From a virus (Duplodnaviria > Heunggongvirae > Uroviricota > Caudoviricetes), in IMG/VR virus record IMGVR_UViG_3300030379_000406: 28,449 nucleotides of DNA, one strand, 5' to 3'. The notes beneath the pieces are model-generated. The model was given only the letters and a program-made list of their open reading frames with translations, was not told the origin of the DNA and made no database searches. Positions 19,199 through 28,449 of this stretch are shown here, one piece after another. A program made the translations under genes and the position numbers. Within the stretch, counting starts at the first letter, position 1; each line of letters opens with the position of its first letter.

Positions 19199-20871
19199 GT
19201 ATCCGTGAGAACGACGACGGCACGTATGCCATCACTGCCGTGCAGCATGTACCGGAGAAAGAGGCCATCGTGGATAACGGGGCGCACTTTGACGGCGACC
19301 AGAGCGGCACGGTGAATGGTGTCACGCCGCCAGCGGTGCAGCACCTGACTGCCGAAGTCACCGCAGACAGCGGGGAGTATCAGGTGCTGGCACGCTGGGA
19401 TACGCCGAAGGTGGTGAAGGGCGTGAGCTTTATGCTTCGCCTGACCGTGGTAGCGGATGACGGCAGTGAGCGGCTGGTCAGCACGGCCCGGACGACGGAA
19501 ACCACATACCGCTTCACGCAACTGGCGCTGGGGCGTTACATGCTGACGGTCCGGGCGGTAAATGCGTGGGGGCTGCAGGGCGATCCGGCATCGGTATCGT
19601 TCCGGATTGCCGCACCGGCAGCGCCGTCTCGGATTGAGCTGACACCGGGCTATTTTCAGATAACCGCCACGCCACATCTTGCGGTTTATGACCCGACGGT
19701 ACAGTTTGAGTTCTGGTTCTCGGAAAAACGGATTGCGGATATCAGGCAGGTTGAAACCACAGCCCGCTATCTTGGCACGGCGCTGTACTGGATAGCTGCC
19801 AGTATCAATATCAGGCCGGGCCATGATTATTATTTTTACGTTCGCAGTGTGAACACCGTTGGCAAATCGGCATTCGTGGAGGCTGTTGGTCGGGCGAGCG
19901 ATGATGCGGAAGGTTACCTGGATTTTTTCAAAGGCCAGATAACCGAATCCCATCTTGGCAAGGAGCTGCTGGAAAAAGTCGAGCTGACGGAGGATAACGC
20001 CAGCAAACTGGAGGAGTTTTCGAAAGAGTGGAAGGACGCCAGTGATAAGTGGAATGCCATGTGGGGCGTCAAAATTGAGCAGACCAAAGACGGCAAACAT
20101 TATGTCGCGGGTATTGGCCTCAGCATGGAGGACACGGAGGAAGGCAAACTGAGCCAGTTCCTGGTTGCCGCTAACCGTATCGCGTTTATTGATCCGTCTA
20201 ATGGCAACACAAGACCAATGTTTGTTGGTCAGGGCGATCAGATATTCATGAACGACGTGTTCCTGAAACGCCTGACGGCTCCGACCATTACCAGCGGCGG
20301 TAATCCTCCGGCATTTTCCCTGACACCGGATGGGCGGCTGACGGCGAAAAATGCCGATATCAGCGGTAACGTGAATGCGAACTCCGGGACGCTCAACAAC
20401 GTCACGATTAACGAGAACTGTCGGGTTCTGGGAAAACTGTCCGCGAACCAGATTGAAGGCGATCTCGTTAAAACAGTGGGCAAAGCTTTCCCCCGGGACT
20501 CCCGTGCACCGGAACGGTGGCCATCAGGGACCATTACCGTCAGGGTTTATGACGATCAGCCGTTTGACCGGCAGATTGTTATTCCTGCGGTGGCATTCAG
20601 CGGCGCTAAACATGAGAGAGAGCATACTGATATTTACTCCTCATGCCGTCTGATAGTGCGGAAAAACGGTGCTGAAATTTATAACCGTACCGCGCTGGAT
20701 AATACGCTGATTTACAGTGGCGTTATTGATATGCCTGCCGGTCACGGTCACATGACGCTGGAGTTTTCGGTGTCAGCATGGCTGGTAAATGACTGGTATC
20801 CCACAGCAAGTATCAGCGATTTGCTGGTTGTGGTGATGAAGAAAGCCACCGCAGGCATCAGTATCAGCTGA
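19195..20871 (+). pseudogene. J: Tail tip protein J, C-terminal ~558 aa fragment
   Basis: Translation ([33 protein letters not shown]...) is co-linear with the C-terminal half of lambda J as I recall it; the N-terminal half is absent; GTG at 19195 is the first possible start and lies in a different frame from nu1'. Confidence 0.85.
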
Positions 20872-20890
20872 ATTTTATAACCCATATACG

Positions 20891-20916
20891 GGCGCCAGAA
20901 ATGGCGCCTTTTTTAT
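20891..20916 (+). terminator. Rho-independent terminator after J'
   Basis: GGCGCC-AGAAAT-GGCGCC hairpin followed by TTTTTT. Confidence 0.6.
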
Positions 20917-20938
20917 TGCAGAAAAGCGAGAGGTAATT

Positions 20939-21538
20939 ATGCGTAAAGTTTGTGCAGCCATTTTGTCCGCAGCCATTTGTCTGGCCGTATCCGGTGCGCC
21001 TGCATGGGCGTCTGAACATCAGTCCACGCTGAGCGCGGGGTATCTTCATGCCTCGACGAACGTCCCCGGCAGTGATGATCTGAACGGGATTAACGTGAAA
21101 TACCGTTATGAGTTTACGGACACACTGGGGCTGGTGACGTCATTCAGCTATGCAGGAGACAAGAATCGCCAGCTGACCCGTTACAGCGATACCCGCTGGC
21201 ATGAAGATTCCGTTCGTAACCGCTGGTTCAGCGTAATGGCGGGGCCGTCTGTGCGCGTGAATGAATGGTTCAGCGCGTATGCGATGGCGGGTGTAGCTTA
21301 CAGCCGTGTGTCGACTTTCTCCGGGGATTATCTTCGCGTAACTGACAACAAGGGGAAAAAGCACGATGTGCTGACCGGAAGTGATGACGGTCGCCACAGC
21401 AACACGTCTCTGGCGTGGGGGGCTGGCGTGCAGTTTAACCCGACCGAATCCGTGGCCATTGATATTGCTTATGAAGGCTCCGGCAGTGGTGACTGGCGCA
21501 CTGACGGTTTCATCGTGGGTGTCGGTTATAAATTCTGA
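20939..21538 (+). CDS. lom: Lom outer-membrane protein (Ail/Lom family)
   Basis: 199 aa with signal peptide (MRKVCAAILSAAICLAVSGAPAWA) and beta-barrel-like alternating pattern ending in a C-terminal aromatic (GVGYKF). Confidence 0.9.
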   Translation: MRKVCAAILSAAICLAVSGAPAWASEHQSTLSAGYLHASTNVPGSDDLNGINVKYRYEFTDTLGLVTSFSYAGDKNRQLTRYSDTRWHEDSVRNRWFSVMAGPSVRVNEWFSAYAMAGVAYSRVSTFSGDYLRVTDNKGKKHDVLTGSDDGRHSNTSLAWGAGVQFNPTESVAIDIAYEGSGSGDWRTDGFIVGVGYKF

Positions 21539-21564
21539 TTAGCCAGGTAACACAGTGTTATGAC

Positions 21565-21592
21565 AGCCCGCCGGTTCAGGCGGGCTTTTTTG
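21565..21592 (+). terminator. Rho-independent terminator after lom
   Basis: AGCCCGCC-GGTTCA-GGCGGGCT followed by TTTTTTG. Confidence 0.65.
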
Positions 21593-21596
21593 TGGG

Positions 21597-24500
21597 GTGA
21601 ATATGGCAGTAAAGATTTCAGGTGTACTGAAAGACGGCACAGGAAAACCGGTACAGAACTGCACAATCCAGCTGAAAGCAAAACGTAACAGCACCACGGT
21701 GGTGGTGAACACGCTGGCCTCAGAAAATCCGGATGAAGCCGGGCGTTACAGCATGGACGTTGAGTACGGGCAGTACAGCGTTATTCTGTTGGTGGAGGGA
21801 TTCCCGCCGTCACATGCCGGGACCATCACCGTGTATGAAGATTCCCGACCCGGTACGCTGAATGATTTTCTCGGTGCCATGACGGAGGATGATGCCCGTC
21901 CTGAGGCACTGCGCCGTTTTGAACTGATGGTGGAAGAGGTGGCGCGTAACGCGTCCGCGGTGGCACAGAACACGGCAGCCGCGAAGAAGTCAGCCAGCGA
22001 TGCCAGCACATCAGCCCGTGAGGCGGCAACCCATGCGACTGATGCTGCAGGCTCAGCACGCGCAGCCAGCACGTCAGCCGGACAGGCCGCGTCGTCGGCT
22101 CAGTCAGCATCTTCCAGCGCAGGAACGGCATCAACAAAGGCCAGTGAAGCATCGAAAAGTGCTGCTGCTGCAGAGTCCTCAAAAAGCGCGGCAGCTACCA
22201 GTGCCGCTGCGGCGAAAACGTCAGAAACGAATGCGGCAGCGTCACAACAATCAGCAGCCACTTCTGCATCCGCCGCGACCACGAAGGCGTCAGAAGCAGC
22301 CACCTCAGCCCGGGATGCGGCGGCCTCAAAAGAGGCAGCGAAATCATCAGAAACGAACGCATCATCAAGCGCCAGTAGTGCCGCTTCCTCGGCAACGGCG
22401 GCAGGCAATTCCGCGAAGGCGGCAAAGACGTCTGAGACAAACGCCAGGTCTTCTGAAACGGCAGCGGGACAGAGCGCCTCGGCTGCGGCAGGCTCAAAAA
22501 CAGCGGCTGCGTCGTCTGCCAGTGCCGCGTCAACAAGTGCCGGGCAGGCCTCAGCCAGTGCCACCGCCGCCGGAAAATCGGCAGAAAGTGCCGCATCGTC
22601 TGCTTCAACAGCCACAACGAAGGCTGGCGAAGCCACTGAACAGGCCAGCGCAGCAGCGAGGTCTGCTTCCGCAGCGAAGACATCCGAGACGAACGCGAAA
22701 GCGTCGGAAACCAGCGCAGAATCCTCAAAAACGGCTGCCGCATCGTCAGCCAGTTCGGCGGCGTCATCGGCATCATCTGCGTCTGCTTCAAAAGATGAGG
22801 CGACCAGACAAGCGTCAGCAGCGAAGGGCAGCGCCACGACGGCATCCACGAAGGCGACAGAGGCTGCTGGCAGTGCGACGGCGGCAGCACAGAGCAAAAG
22901 TACGGCAGAATCCGCGGCAACGCGCGCCGAGACAGCGGCAAAACGGGCAGAGGATATTGCATCCGCCGTGGCGCTTGAGGATGCAAGTACGACGAAAAAG
23001 GGGATAGTACAGCTCAGCAGTGCGACCAACAGTACGTCTGAAACGCTGGCGGCAACGCCAAAGGCAGTAAAATCAGCCTATGACAATGCAGAGAAACGTC
23101 TGCAGAAAGACCAGAACGGCGCTGATATACCCGATAAGGGACGCTTCCTGAACAACATTAACGCGGTCAGTAAAACAGACTTTGCTGATAAGCGTGGTAT
23201 GCGTTATGTGCGGGTTAACGCTCCTGCAGGTGCAACATCTGGAAAATATTACCCTGTTGTTGTTATGCGTTCTGCTGGCTCAGTAAGCGAACTGGCATCA
23301 AGGGTCATTATCACCACGGCAACGCGAACCGCAGGCGATCCGATGAATAACTGCGAGTTTAACGGATTTGTTATGCCTGGTGGCTGGACTGACAGGGGGC
23401 GTTATGCTTATGGAATGTTCTGGCAATATCAAAACAATGAACGAGCCATCCACTCAATAATGATGAGTAATAAGGGCGATGATTTGCGCTCTGTGTTCTA
23501 TGTTGATGGCGCTGCTTTCCCTGTTTTTGCGTTTATCGAAGATGGCCTGTCAATATCCGCACCTGGTGCTGATCTCGTTGTTAATGATACGACCTATAAG
23601 TTTGGGGCAACAAATCCGGCGACTGAATGTATCGCGGCGGACGTTATCCTTGATTTTAAGAGTGGGCGTGGTTTTTATGAGTCTCATTCGTTAATCGTTA
23701 ACGATAACTTGTCGTGCAAAAAACTTTTTGCCACAGACGAAATTGTAGCGCGTGGTGGTAATCAGATTCGAATGATAGGTGGGGAGTATGGGGCATTATG
23801 GCGTAATGATGGCGCTAAAACTTACCTGCTGCTTACCAATCAAGGTGATGTTTATGGTGGCTGGAATACATTAAGACCGTTTGCTATTGATAACGCAACC
23901 GGCGAACTGGTTATTGGAACCAAACTGTCCGCAAGTCTGAACGGTAATGCATTAACAGCAACAAAGCTGCAAACGCCAAGACTGGTTTCTGGTGTTGAGT
24001 TTGATGGTTCCAAAGATATTACTTTAACCGCCGCGCATGTGGCTGCTTTTGCCAGAAGGGCAACGGATACATATGCCGATGCGGATGGTGGCGTTCCCTG
24101 GAATGCCGAATCAGGCGCTTACAATGTCACCCGCTCTGGCGACAGCTATATTCTGGTTAACTTCTATACCGGAGTCGGAAGTTGCCGGACCCTGCAGATG
24201 AAGGCGCATTACAGAAATGGTGGTCTGTTCTACCGTTCTTCAAGAGATGGCTATGGTTTTGAGGAAGACTGGGCAGAAGTTTATACCTCGAAAAATCTTC
24301 CACCAGAAAGCTACCCAGTCGGCGCACCAATCCCGTGGCCATCAGATACCGTTCCGTCTGGTTATGCCCTGATGCAGGGGCAGACTTTTGACAAATCTGC
24401 CTACCCGAAACTTGCTGCCGCTTATCCGTCAGGCGTGATCCCTGATTTGCGTGGCTGGACGATTAAGGGCAAGCCCGCCAGTGGTCGTGCCGTATTGTCT

Positions 24501-25001
24501 CAGGAACAGGATGGCATTAAATCGCATACCCACAGCGCCAGCGCATCCAGTACGGATTTGGGGACGAAAACCACATCGTCGTTTGATTACGGCACTAAAT
24601 CCACGAATAACACTGGTGCGCATACCCATAGTTTAAGTGGCAGCACGAATGCAGCTGGTAATCACAGCCATAGAGATGGCCGTCGATTTAACCCCAGTGT
24701 TCTTAAAGATACTTATCAATATGGTTATACAAGCTCAGGTCAAAATACCTGGGGTGTACAAGGCTCAGTAGGTATGTCTACGGGGTGGTTAGCGAATACC
24801 AGTACAGATGGTAATCATAGCCATTCACTGTCCGGCACAGCAGCATCTGCAGGTGCACACGCGCATACTGTCGGTATTGGTGCTCATACGCACTCCGTTG
24901 CGATTGGTTCACATGGACACACCATCACCGTTAACGCTGCTGGTAACGCGGAAAACACCGTCAAAAACATCGCATTTAACTATATTGTGAGGCTTGCATA
25001 A
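21597..25001 (+). CDS. stf: Side tail fiber protein Stf
   Basis: 1134 aa; N-terminus [26 protein letters not shown] (lambda Stf-like; true start may be the Met at 21603); long Ala/Ser/Thr-rich repeat tract; C-terminal region with repeated HxH motifs ([45 protein letters not shown]). Confidence 0.9.
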   Translation: MNMAVKISGVLKDGTGKPVQNCTIQLKAKRNSTTVVVNTLASENPDEAGRYSMDVEYGQYSVILLVEGFPPSHAGTITVYEDSRPGTLNDFLGAMTEDDARPEALRRFELMVEEVARNASAVAQNTAAAKKSASDASTSAREAATHATDAAGSARAASTSAGQAASSAQSASSSAGTASTKASEASKSAAAAESSKSAAATSAAAAKTSETNAAASQQSAATSASAATTKASEAATSARDAAASKEAAKSSETNASSSASSAASSATAAGNSAKAAKTSETNARSSETAAGQSASAAAGSKTAAASSASAASTSAGQASASATAAGKSAESAASSASTATTKAGEATEQASAAARSASAAKTSETNAKASETSAESSKTAAASSASSAASSASSASASKDEATRQASAAKGSATTASTKATEAAGSATAAAQSKSTAESAATRAETAAKRAEDIASAVALEDASTTKKGIVQLSSATNSTSETLAATPKAVKSAYDNAEKRLQKDQNGADIPDKGRFLNNINAVSKTDFADKRGMRYVRVNAPAGATSGKYYPVVVMRSAGSVSELASRVIITTATRTAGDPMNNCEFNGFVMPGGWTDRGRYAYGMFWQYQNNERAIHSIMMSNKGDDLRSVFYVDGAAFPVFAFIEDGLSISAPGADLVVNDTTYKFGATNPATECIAADVILDFKSGRGFYESHSLIVNDNLSCKKLFATDEIVARGGNQIRMIGGEYGALWRNDGAKTYLLLTNQGDVYGGWNTLRPFAIDNATGELVIGTKLSASLNGNALTATKLQTPRLVSGVEFDGSKDITLTAAHVAAFARRATDTYADADGGVPWNAESGAYNVTRSGDSYILVNFYTGVGSCRTLQMKAHYRNGGLFYRSSRDGYGFEEDWAEVYTSKNLPPESYPVGAPIPWPSDTVPSGYALMQGQTFDKSAYPKLAAAYPSGVIPDLRGWTIKGKPASGRAVLSQEQDGIKSHTHSASASSTDLGTKTTSSFDYGTKSTNNTGAHTHSLSGSTNAAGNHSHRDGRRFNPSVLKDTYQYGYTSSGQNTWGVQGSVGMSTGWLANTSTDGNHSHSLSGTAASAGAHAHTVGIGAHTHSVAIGSHGHTITVNAAGNAENTVKNIAFNYIVRLA
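21950..22960 (+). repeat. Low-complexity GC-rich coding repeat (Ala/Ser/Thr-rich units) inside stf
   Basis: Reiterated SASAA/TSETNA-type peptide units; the same tract produces three long spurious ORFs in other frames and on the minus strand. Confidence 0.6.
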
Positions 25002-25576
25002 TGGCATTCAGAATGAGTGAACAACCACGGACCATAAAAATTTATAATCTGCTGGCCGGAACTAATGAATTTATTGGTGAAGGTGACGCATATATTCCGC
25101 CTCATACAGGTCTGCCAGCAAACAGTACCGATATTGCACCACCAGATATTCCTGCTGGCTTTGTGGCTGTTTTCAACAGTGATAAGGCATCGTGGCATCT
25201 CGATGAAGACCATCGGGGTAAAACGGTTTATGACGTAGCGTCAGGGGACGCGTTATTTATTTCTGAACTCGGTCCGTTACCGGAAAATGTTACCTGGTTA
25301 TCGCCGGAAGGGGAGTTTCAGAAGTGGAACGGCACAGCCTGGGTGAAAGATGCAGAAGCAGAAAAACTGTTCCGGATCCGAGAGGCGGAAGAAACAAAAA
25401 ACAGCCTGATGCAGGTAGCCAGTGAGCATATTGCGCCACTTCAGGATGCTGTAGATCTGGAAATCGCAACGGAGGAAGAAACCTCATTGCTGGAAGCCTG
25501 GAAAAAGTATCGGGTGTTGCTGAACCGTGTTGATACGTCAACTGCACAGGATATTGAATGGCCAGCACTGCCGTAG
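25001..25576 (+). CDS. tfa: Tail fiber assembly protein Tfa
   Basis: 191 aa ([51 protein letters not shown]...); start overlaps the stf stop (TAATG). Confidence 0.9.
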   Translation: MAFRMSEQPRTIKIYNLLAGTNEFIGEGDAYIPPHTGLPANSTDIAPPDIPAGFVAVFNSDKASWHLDEDHRGKTVYDVASGDALFISELGPLPENVTWLSPEGEFQKWNGTAWVKDAEAEKLFRIREAEETKNSLMQVASEHIAPLQDAVDLEIATEEETSLLEAWKKYRVLLNRVDTSTAQDIEWPALP

Positions 25577-25673
25577 GGTAAAACATATAAATTCTATAAT
25601 TAGATGTATCTTTCCATTTACGGCAAGGAAGGGGGCTTGGAAGACGTAAAGCATCTCACACCGAGATTATTTT

Positions 25674-26264
25674 TTATATGTCAGGTGTCTGAAGTTTTGC
25701 TTTGGCTCTTAAAATGGTTTGCCGCGAGGTTTTGAATTCCCGGGCAATGGCACTTATACTTACACCTGACTTAATTCGTTCGAATACCACCTGTTTCTGT
25801 TCTTCATTTAACACAGGTGGTCGACCAAAACGTTTCCCTGCGCCGCGGGCTCTTACTATCCCGGAATGAGTGCGTTCAAGTAAAAGGTCTCGTTCAAATT
25901 CAGCGACTGCTGAAATTACGTGCATCATCATTTTTCCTGTTGGACTGGTCAGGTCAATGCCCCCCAATGCTAAGCAATGCACTCTGATACCTGTTTCGGT
26001 CAGTTGTTCCACTGTTTTCCTGATATCCATTGCATTACAACCAAGGCGATCCAGTTTTGTCACAATCAATTGATCACCACATTTCAGGCGAGCAAGCAAC
26101 CGGTTAAAACCAGGACGCTCACTGGTTGCTGCTGAGCCGCTAATGTGTTCTTCGATTATTTGCTGAGGTTTGATTTTAAAACCTGCACTTTCGATTTCCC
26201 GGCGTTGATTTTCGGTGGTCTGATCCAGCGTTGATATCCGACAGTAAGCAAAAATTCGAGACAT
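25674..26264 (-). CDS. pin: Pin/Gin/Hin-family serine DNA invertase
   Basis: 196 aa; N-terminal catalytic region [15 protein letters not shown] (active-site Ser in the RxST context) and C-terminal HTH ([20 protein letters not shown]). Confidence 0.9.
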   Translation of the reverse strand: MSRIFAYCRISTLDQTTENQRREIESAGFKIKPQQIIEEHISGSAATSERPGFNRLLARLKCGDQLIVTKLDRLGCNAMDIRKTVEQLTETGIRVHCLALGGIDLTSPTGKMMMHVISAVAEFERDLLLERTHSGIVRARGAGKRFGRPPVLNEEQKQVVFERIKSGVSISAIAREFKTSRQTILRAKAKLQTPDI

Positions 26265-26580
26265 AGTGAGACTCTATACGAAATTGGTGTTCATATCATA
26301 ATGCATCTCAGAAAATAATTTTGATTATTTTTGTGCATATTTGTATGTACACGTTCGAAAATAAACGAATGCGTATGCAACCCCGTAACTTTGGTGAGAC
26401 CCAAAATCGATTTTGTGAAAAATGGCTTTAACTCGGTTTGTTTTTCGAGTTCCGGGCGGACTCAAGGAAGAAGAATAGTGTTGCGTGTTATTTTAACCAG
26501 ATTTCAAGTTGTTTGGTCGTGGAAAAGTGGAGCAAAATGTTGTTAAAGTGGAAAAATGATAAAAAAGTAAGTTTATTATA

Positions 26581-26814
26581 TTACATTTTACCATTTAAAT
26601 TTTGGTTGTCTTTAAGAACTGATATCGCTGTTTGTAATAATTCTTTGTTATCCAGCCATGATTTTTTCTTTATGTTTCCTTCAATGTAATCAAGCAATGT
26701 TCTGGTATTGATAGGTCTTCCCTGTTTTGCTACTTCCACTACAGCATCCCCTAGGATAATTCTTACTTCAGGAAGCTGCGCAGGGAACCACTTTAGGGTG
26801 TCTTTTGATTTCAT
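26581..26814 (-). CDS. ydfK: YdfK/YnaE-family cold-shock-induced prophage protein
   Basis: 77 aa from MKSKDTLKWFPAQLPEVRIILGDAVVEVAKQGRPINTRTLLDYIEGN...; symbol chosen because the adjacent host gene is ydfJ-like (Qin) rather than ttcA (Rac). Confidence 0.75.
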   Translation of the reverse strand: MKSKDTLKWFPAQLPEVRIILGDAVVEVAKQGRPINTRTLLDYIEGNIKKKSWLDNKELLQTAISVLKDNQNLNGKM

Positions 26815-27597
26815 GAAGATATTCCTTAAAATATTATTGATTTTCATTGCGATATTGTATGTCTGATTCAGGATATGTTGACTTATACATCGGTTTTGTC
26901 TGGGTTATTGGATATGCCAATCCCTAATTTTATTAGGGCATGACTAAAAATGCTGAATATGATAAGGAGAGAAGTGATTATCAGTATGCTGTTCATATAG
27001 CCTCGAATTAGTAATGTGTTATATATGATATAGTTGACAATTTTATCTTGGGTGTTCTTAAAGTTCGTAGATAAACATTGTCGTTTCAGGTATACAGGAA
27101 TGCTAACAGGTGGCGGCAAAAATCAGGCGGTTTATGGCGCAATCTGAAGTGGCAACTGCAAACTATCTTATGCAGAGACTCTACACGGATTGGGTTTAAA
27201 AGTATACATAGATAACAGTTTTTATCTGAAGAAGAAAAATATCAAGGTGATATAGCCTATATGCCTTTGATGTGGAGGAATGAATGTGATGGGAGTGATG
27301 TATCTGAATAGTTGAAAAACCGCAGACACACCTTATGCAAGAACGTGCTGCGGTTGGCTGGTAAATTTTTCGATAGTGCGAGTATTGAATGATTTCCAGC
27401 CGTTATTGATTTTACGCGTAAATCCATGAAAAAACTACTTATCTGTTGGGGAGTTTTTTGGGGCATATATGGGACAGAAATAGGCGCCAGATAGACACTG
27501 AGATCGAACTTAGGATGCTTTTAAAAAAATGCAACTATCTGAAAAAACCTAGAAAACGCCAAGGAAACCACAGGATGGGAAAAAACACCTGTGAATT

Positions 27598-28449
27598 ATG
27601 GATTTCCAGTTATATTCGCTCGGCGCAGCGTTAGTGTTTCATGAAATATTTTTTCCTGAATCATCAACGGCAATGGCGTTAATTCTGGCAATGGGAACCT
27701 ACGGTGCAGGTTATGTGGCGCGTATTGTCGGAGCATTTATTTTCGGCAAAATGGGCGACAGAATAGGGCGTAAAAAAGTGCTCTTTATTACCATCACCAT
27801 GATGGGGATCTGTACCACCTTAATTGGTGTGTTACCGACCTATGCACAGATTGGTGTTTTTGCCCCCATCTTGCTGGTGACGCTGCGTATTATTCAGGGG
27901 TTGGGTGCAGGTGCGGAAATTTCCGGTGCCGGTACGATGCTGGCGGAATATGCACCAAAAGGTAAGCGCGGAATTATCTCCTCATTTGTAGCTATGGGAA
28001 CTAACTGCGGAACCTTGAGCGCAACGGCAATCTGGGCCTTTATGTTCTTCATTCTCAGTAAAGAGGAACTGCTGGCGTGGGGATGGCGTATACCGTTCCT
28101 GGCGAGCGTTGTCGTGATGGTCTTTGCTATCTGGTTACGTATGAATCTGAAAGAAAGCCCGGTCTTTGAGAAGGTTAATGACAGCAACCAACCCACAGCA
28201 AAACCTGCACCTGCTGGTAGCATGTTCCAGAGCAAATCCTTCTGGCTGGCAACAGGGCTGCGTTTTGGTCAGGCGGGTAACTCCGGGTTAATTCAGACTT
28301 TCCTTGCAGGCTATTTAGTGCAGACGTTATTGTTTAACAAAGCAATTCCAACAGATGCATTGATGATTAGTTCGATTCTCGGCTTTATGACCATTCCGTT
28401 CCTTGGTTGGTTATCCGATAAAATTGGTCGCCGGATCCCGTATATTATT
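27598..28449 (+). pseudogene. ydfJ: MFS transporter (ydfJ-like), N-terminally truncated by the prophage insertion; runs off the window end
   Basis: Open frame to the window end with MFS signatures (GKMGDRIGRKKV between TM2 and TM3; multiple TM segments); in-frame stop two codons upstream of the first Met, with the conserved N-terminal segment missing. Confidence 0.75.

Noticed and set aside
19183-20100. 305-aa minus-strand ORF antisense to the J fragment
   Set aside because: Arg/Cys-rich composition typical of antisense reading of a GC-rich gene; the plus strand matches lambda J.
22000-23029. Three long ORFs overlapping stf (22000..23007 plus; 22100..23029 and 22195..22986 minus), translating to Arg/Pro/Gln-rich or Ala/Asp-rich low-complexity proteins
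   Set aside because: Artefacts of the GC-rich Ala/Ser repeat tract inside stf; the stf frame is the only one with recognisable fibre sequence at both ends.
25616-25640. Partly palindromic sequence TTTCCATTTACGGCAAGGAAGG between tfa and pin as a possible gix-like crossover site
   Set aside because: Lacks the conserved AAACC-NN-GGTTT core of Din-family recombination sites and has no inverted partner within stf.

Overview
The window reads as a defective lambdoid prophage of the Escherichia coli Qin type, running from a tyrosine integrase at the left edge to a truncated MFS transporter gene (ydfJ-like) at the right edge. Gene identities are from my own reading of the translated ORFs and recall of known E. 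coli/lambda proteins; no database search was run. Left to right: int and xis (minus strand); a large RecE-like protein ending in a DEDDh 3'-5' exonuclease domain; a decayed stretch (about 4.2-6.6 kb) with a methyltransferase pseudogene and three small ORFs each carrying one in-frame nonsense codon; an rve-domain (DDE) transposase-like gene; flxA with a sigma-28 promoter; relB-relE-hokD; rem and ydfU (DUF968); antiterminator Q with its late promoter and terminator; cspF and cspB; a phage-21-type lysis cassette (pinholin, SAR endolysin, Rz with embedded Rz1); cspI, gnsB, ydfO, ynfO; a lambda cos site with a 44-codon Nu1 remnant joined directly to the C-terminal half of J; lom, a 1134-aa side tail fiber, tfa, the Pin invertase, ydfK and the host ydfJ fragment. 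No cI/cro immunity genes, replication genes, tRNA genes or CRISPR arrays were seen. I did not find a convincing wholly new multi-gene system; the least-explained loci are the RecE-like/DEDDh fusion, the triple-nonsense ORF cluster with its SD-hairpin-ATG start, and the uncharacterised genes around hokD (orf83, rem, ydfU).
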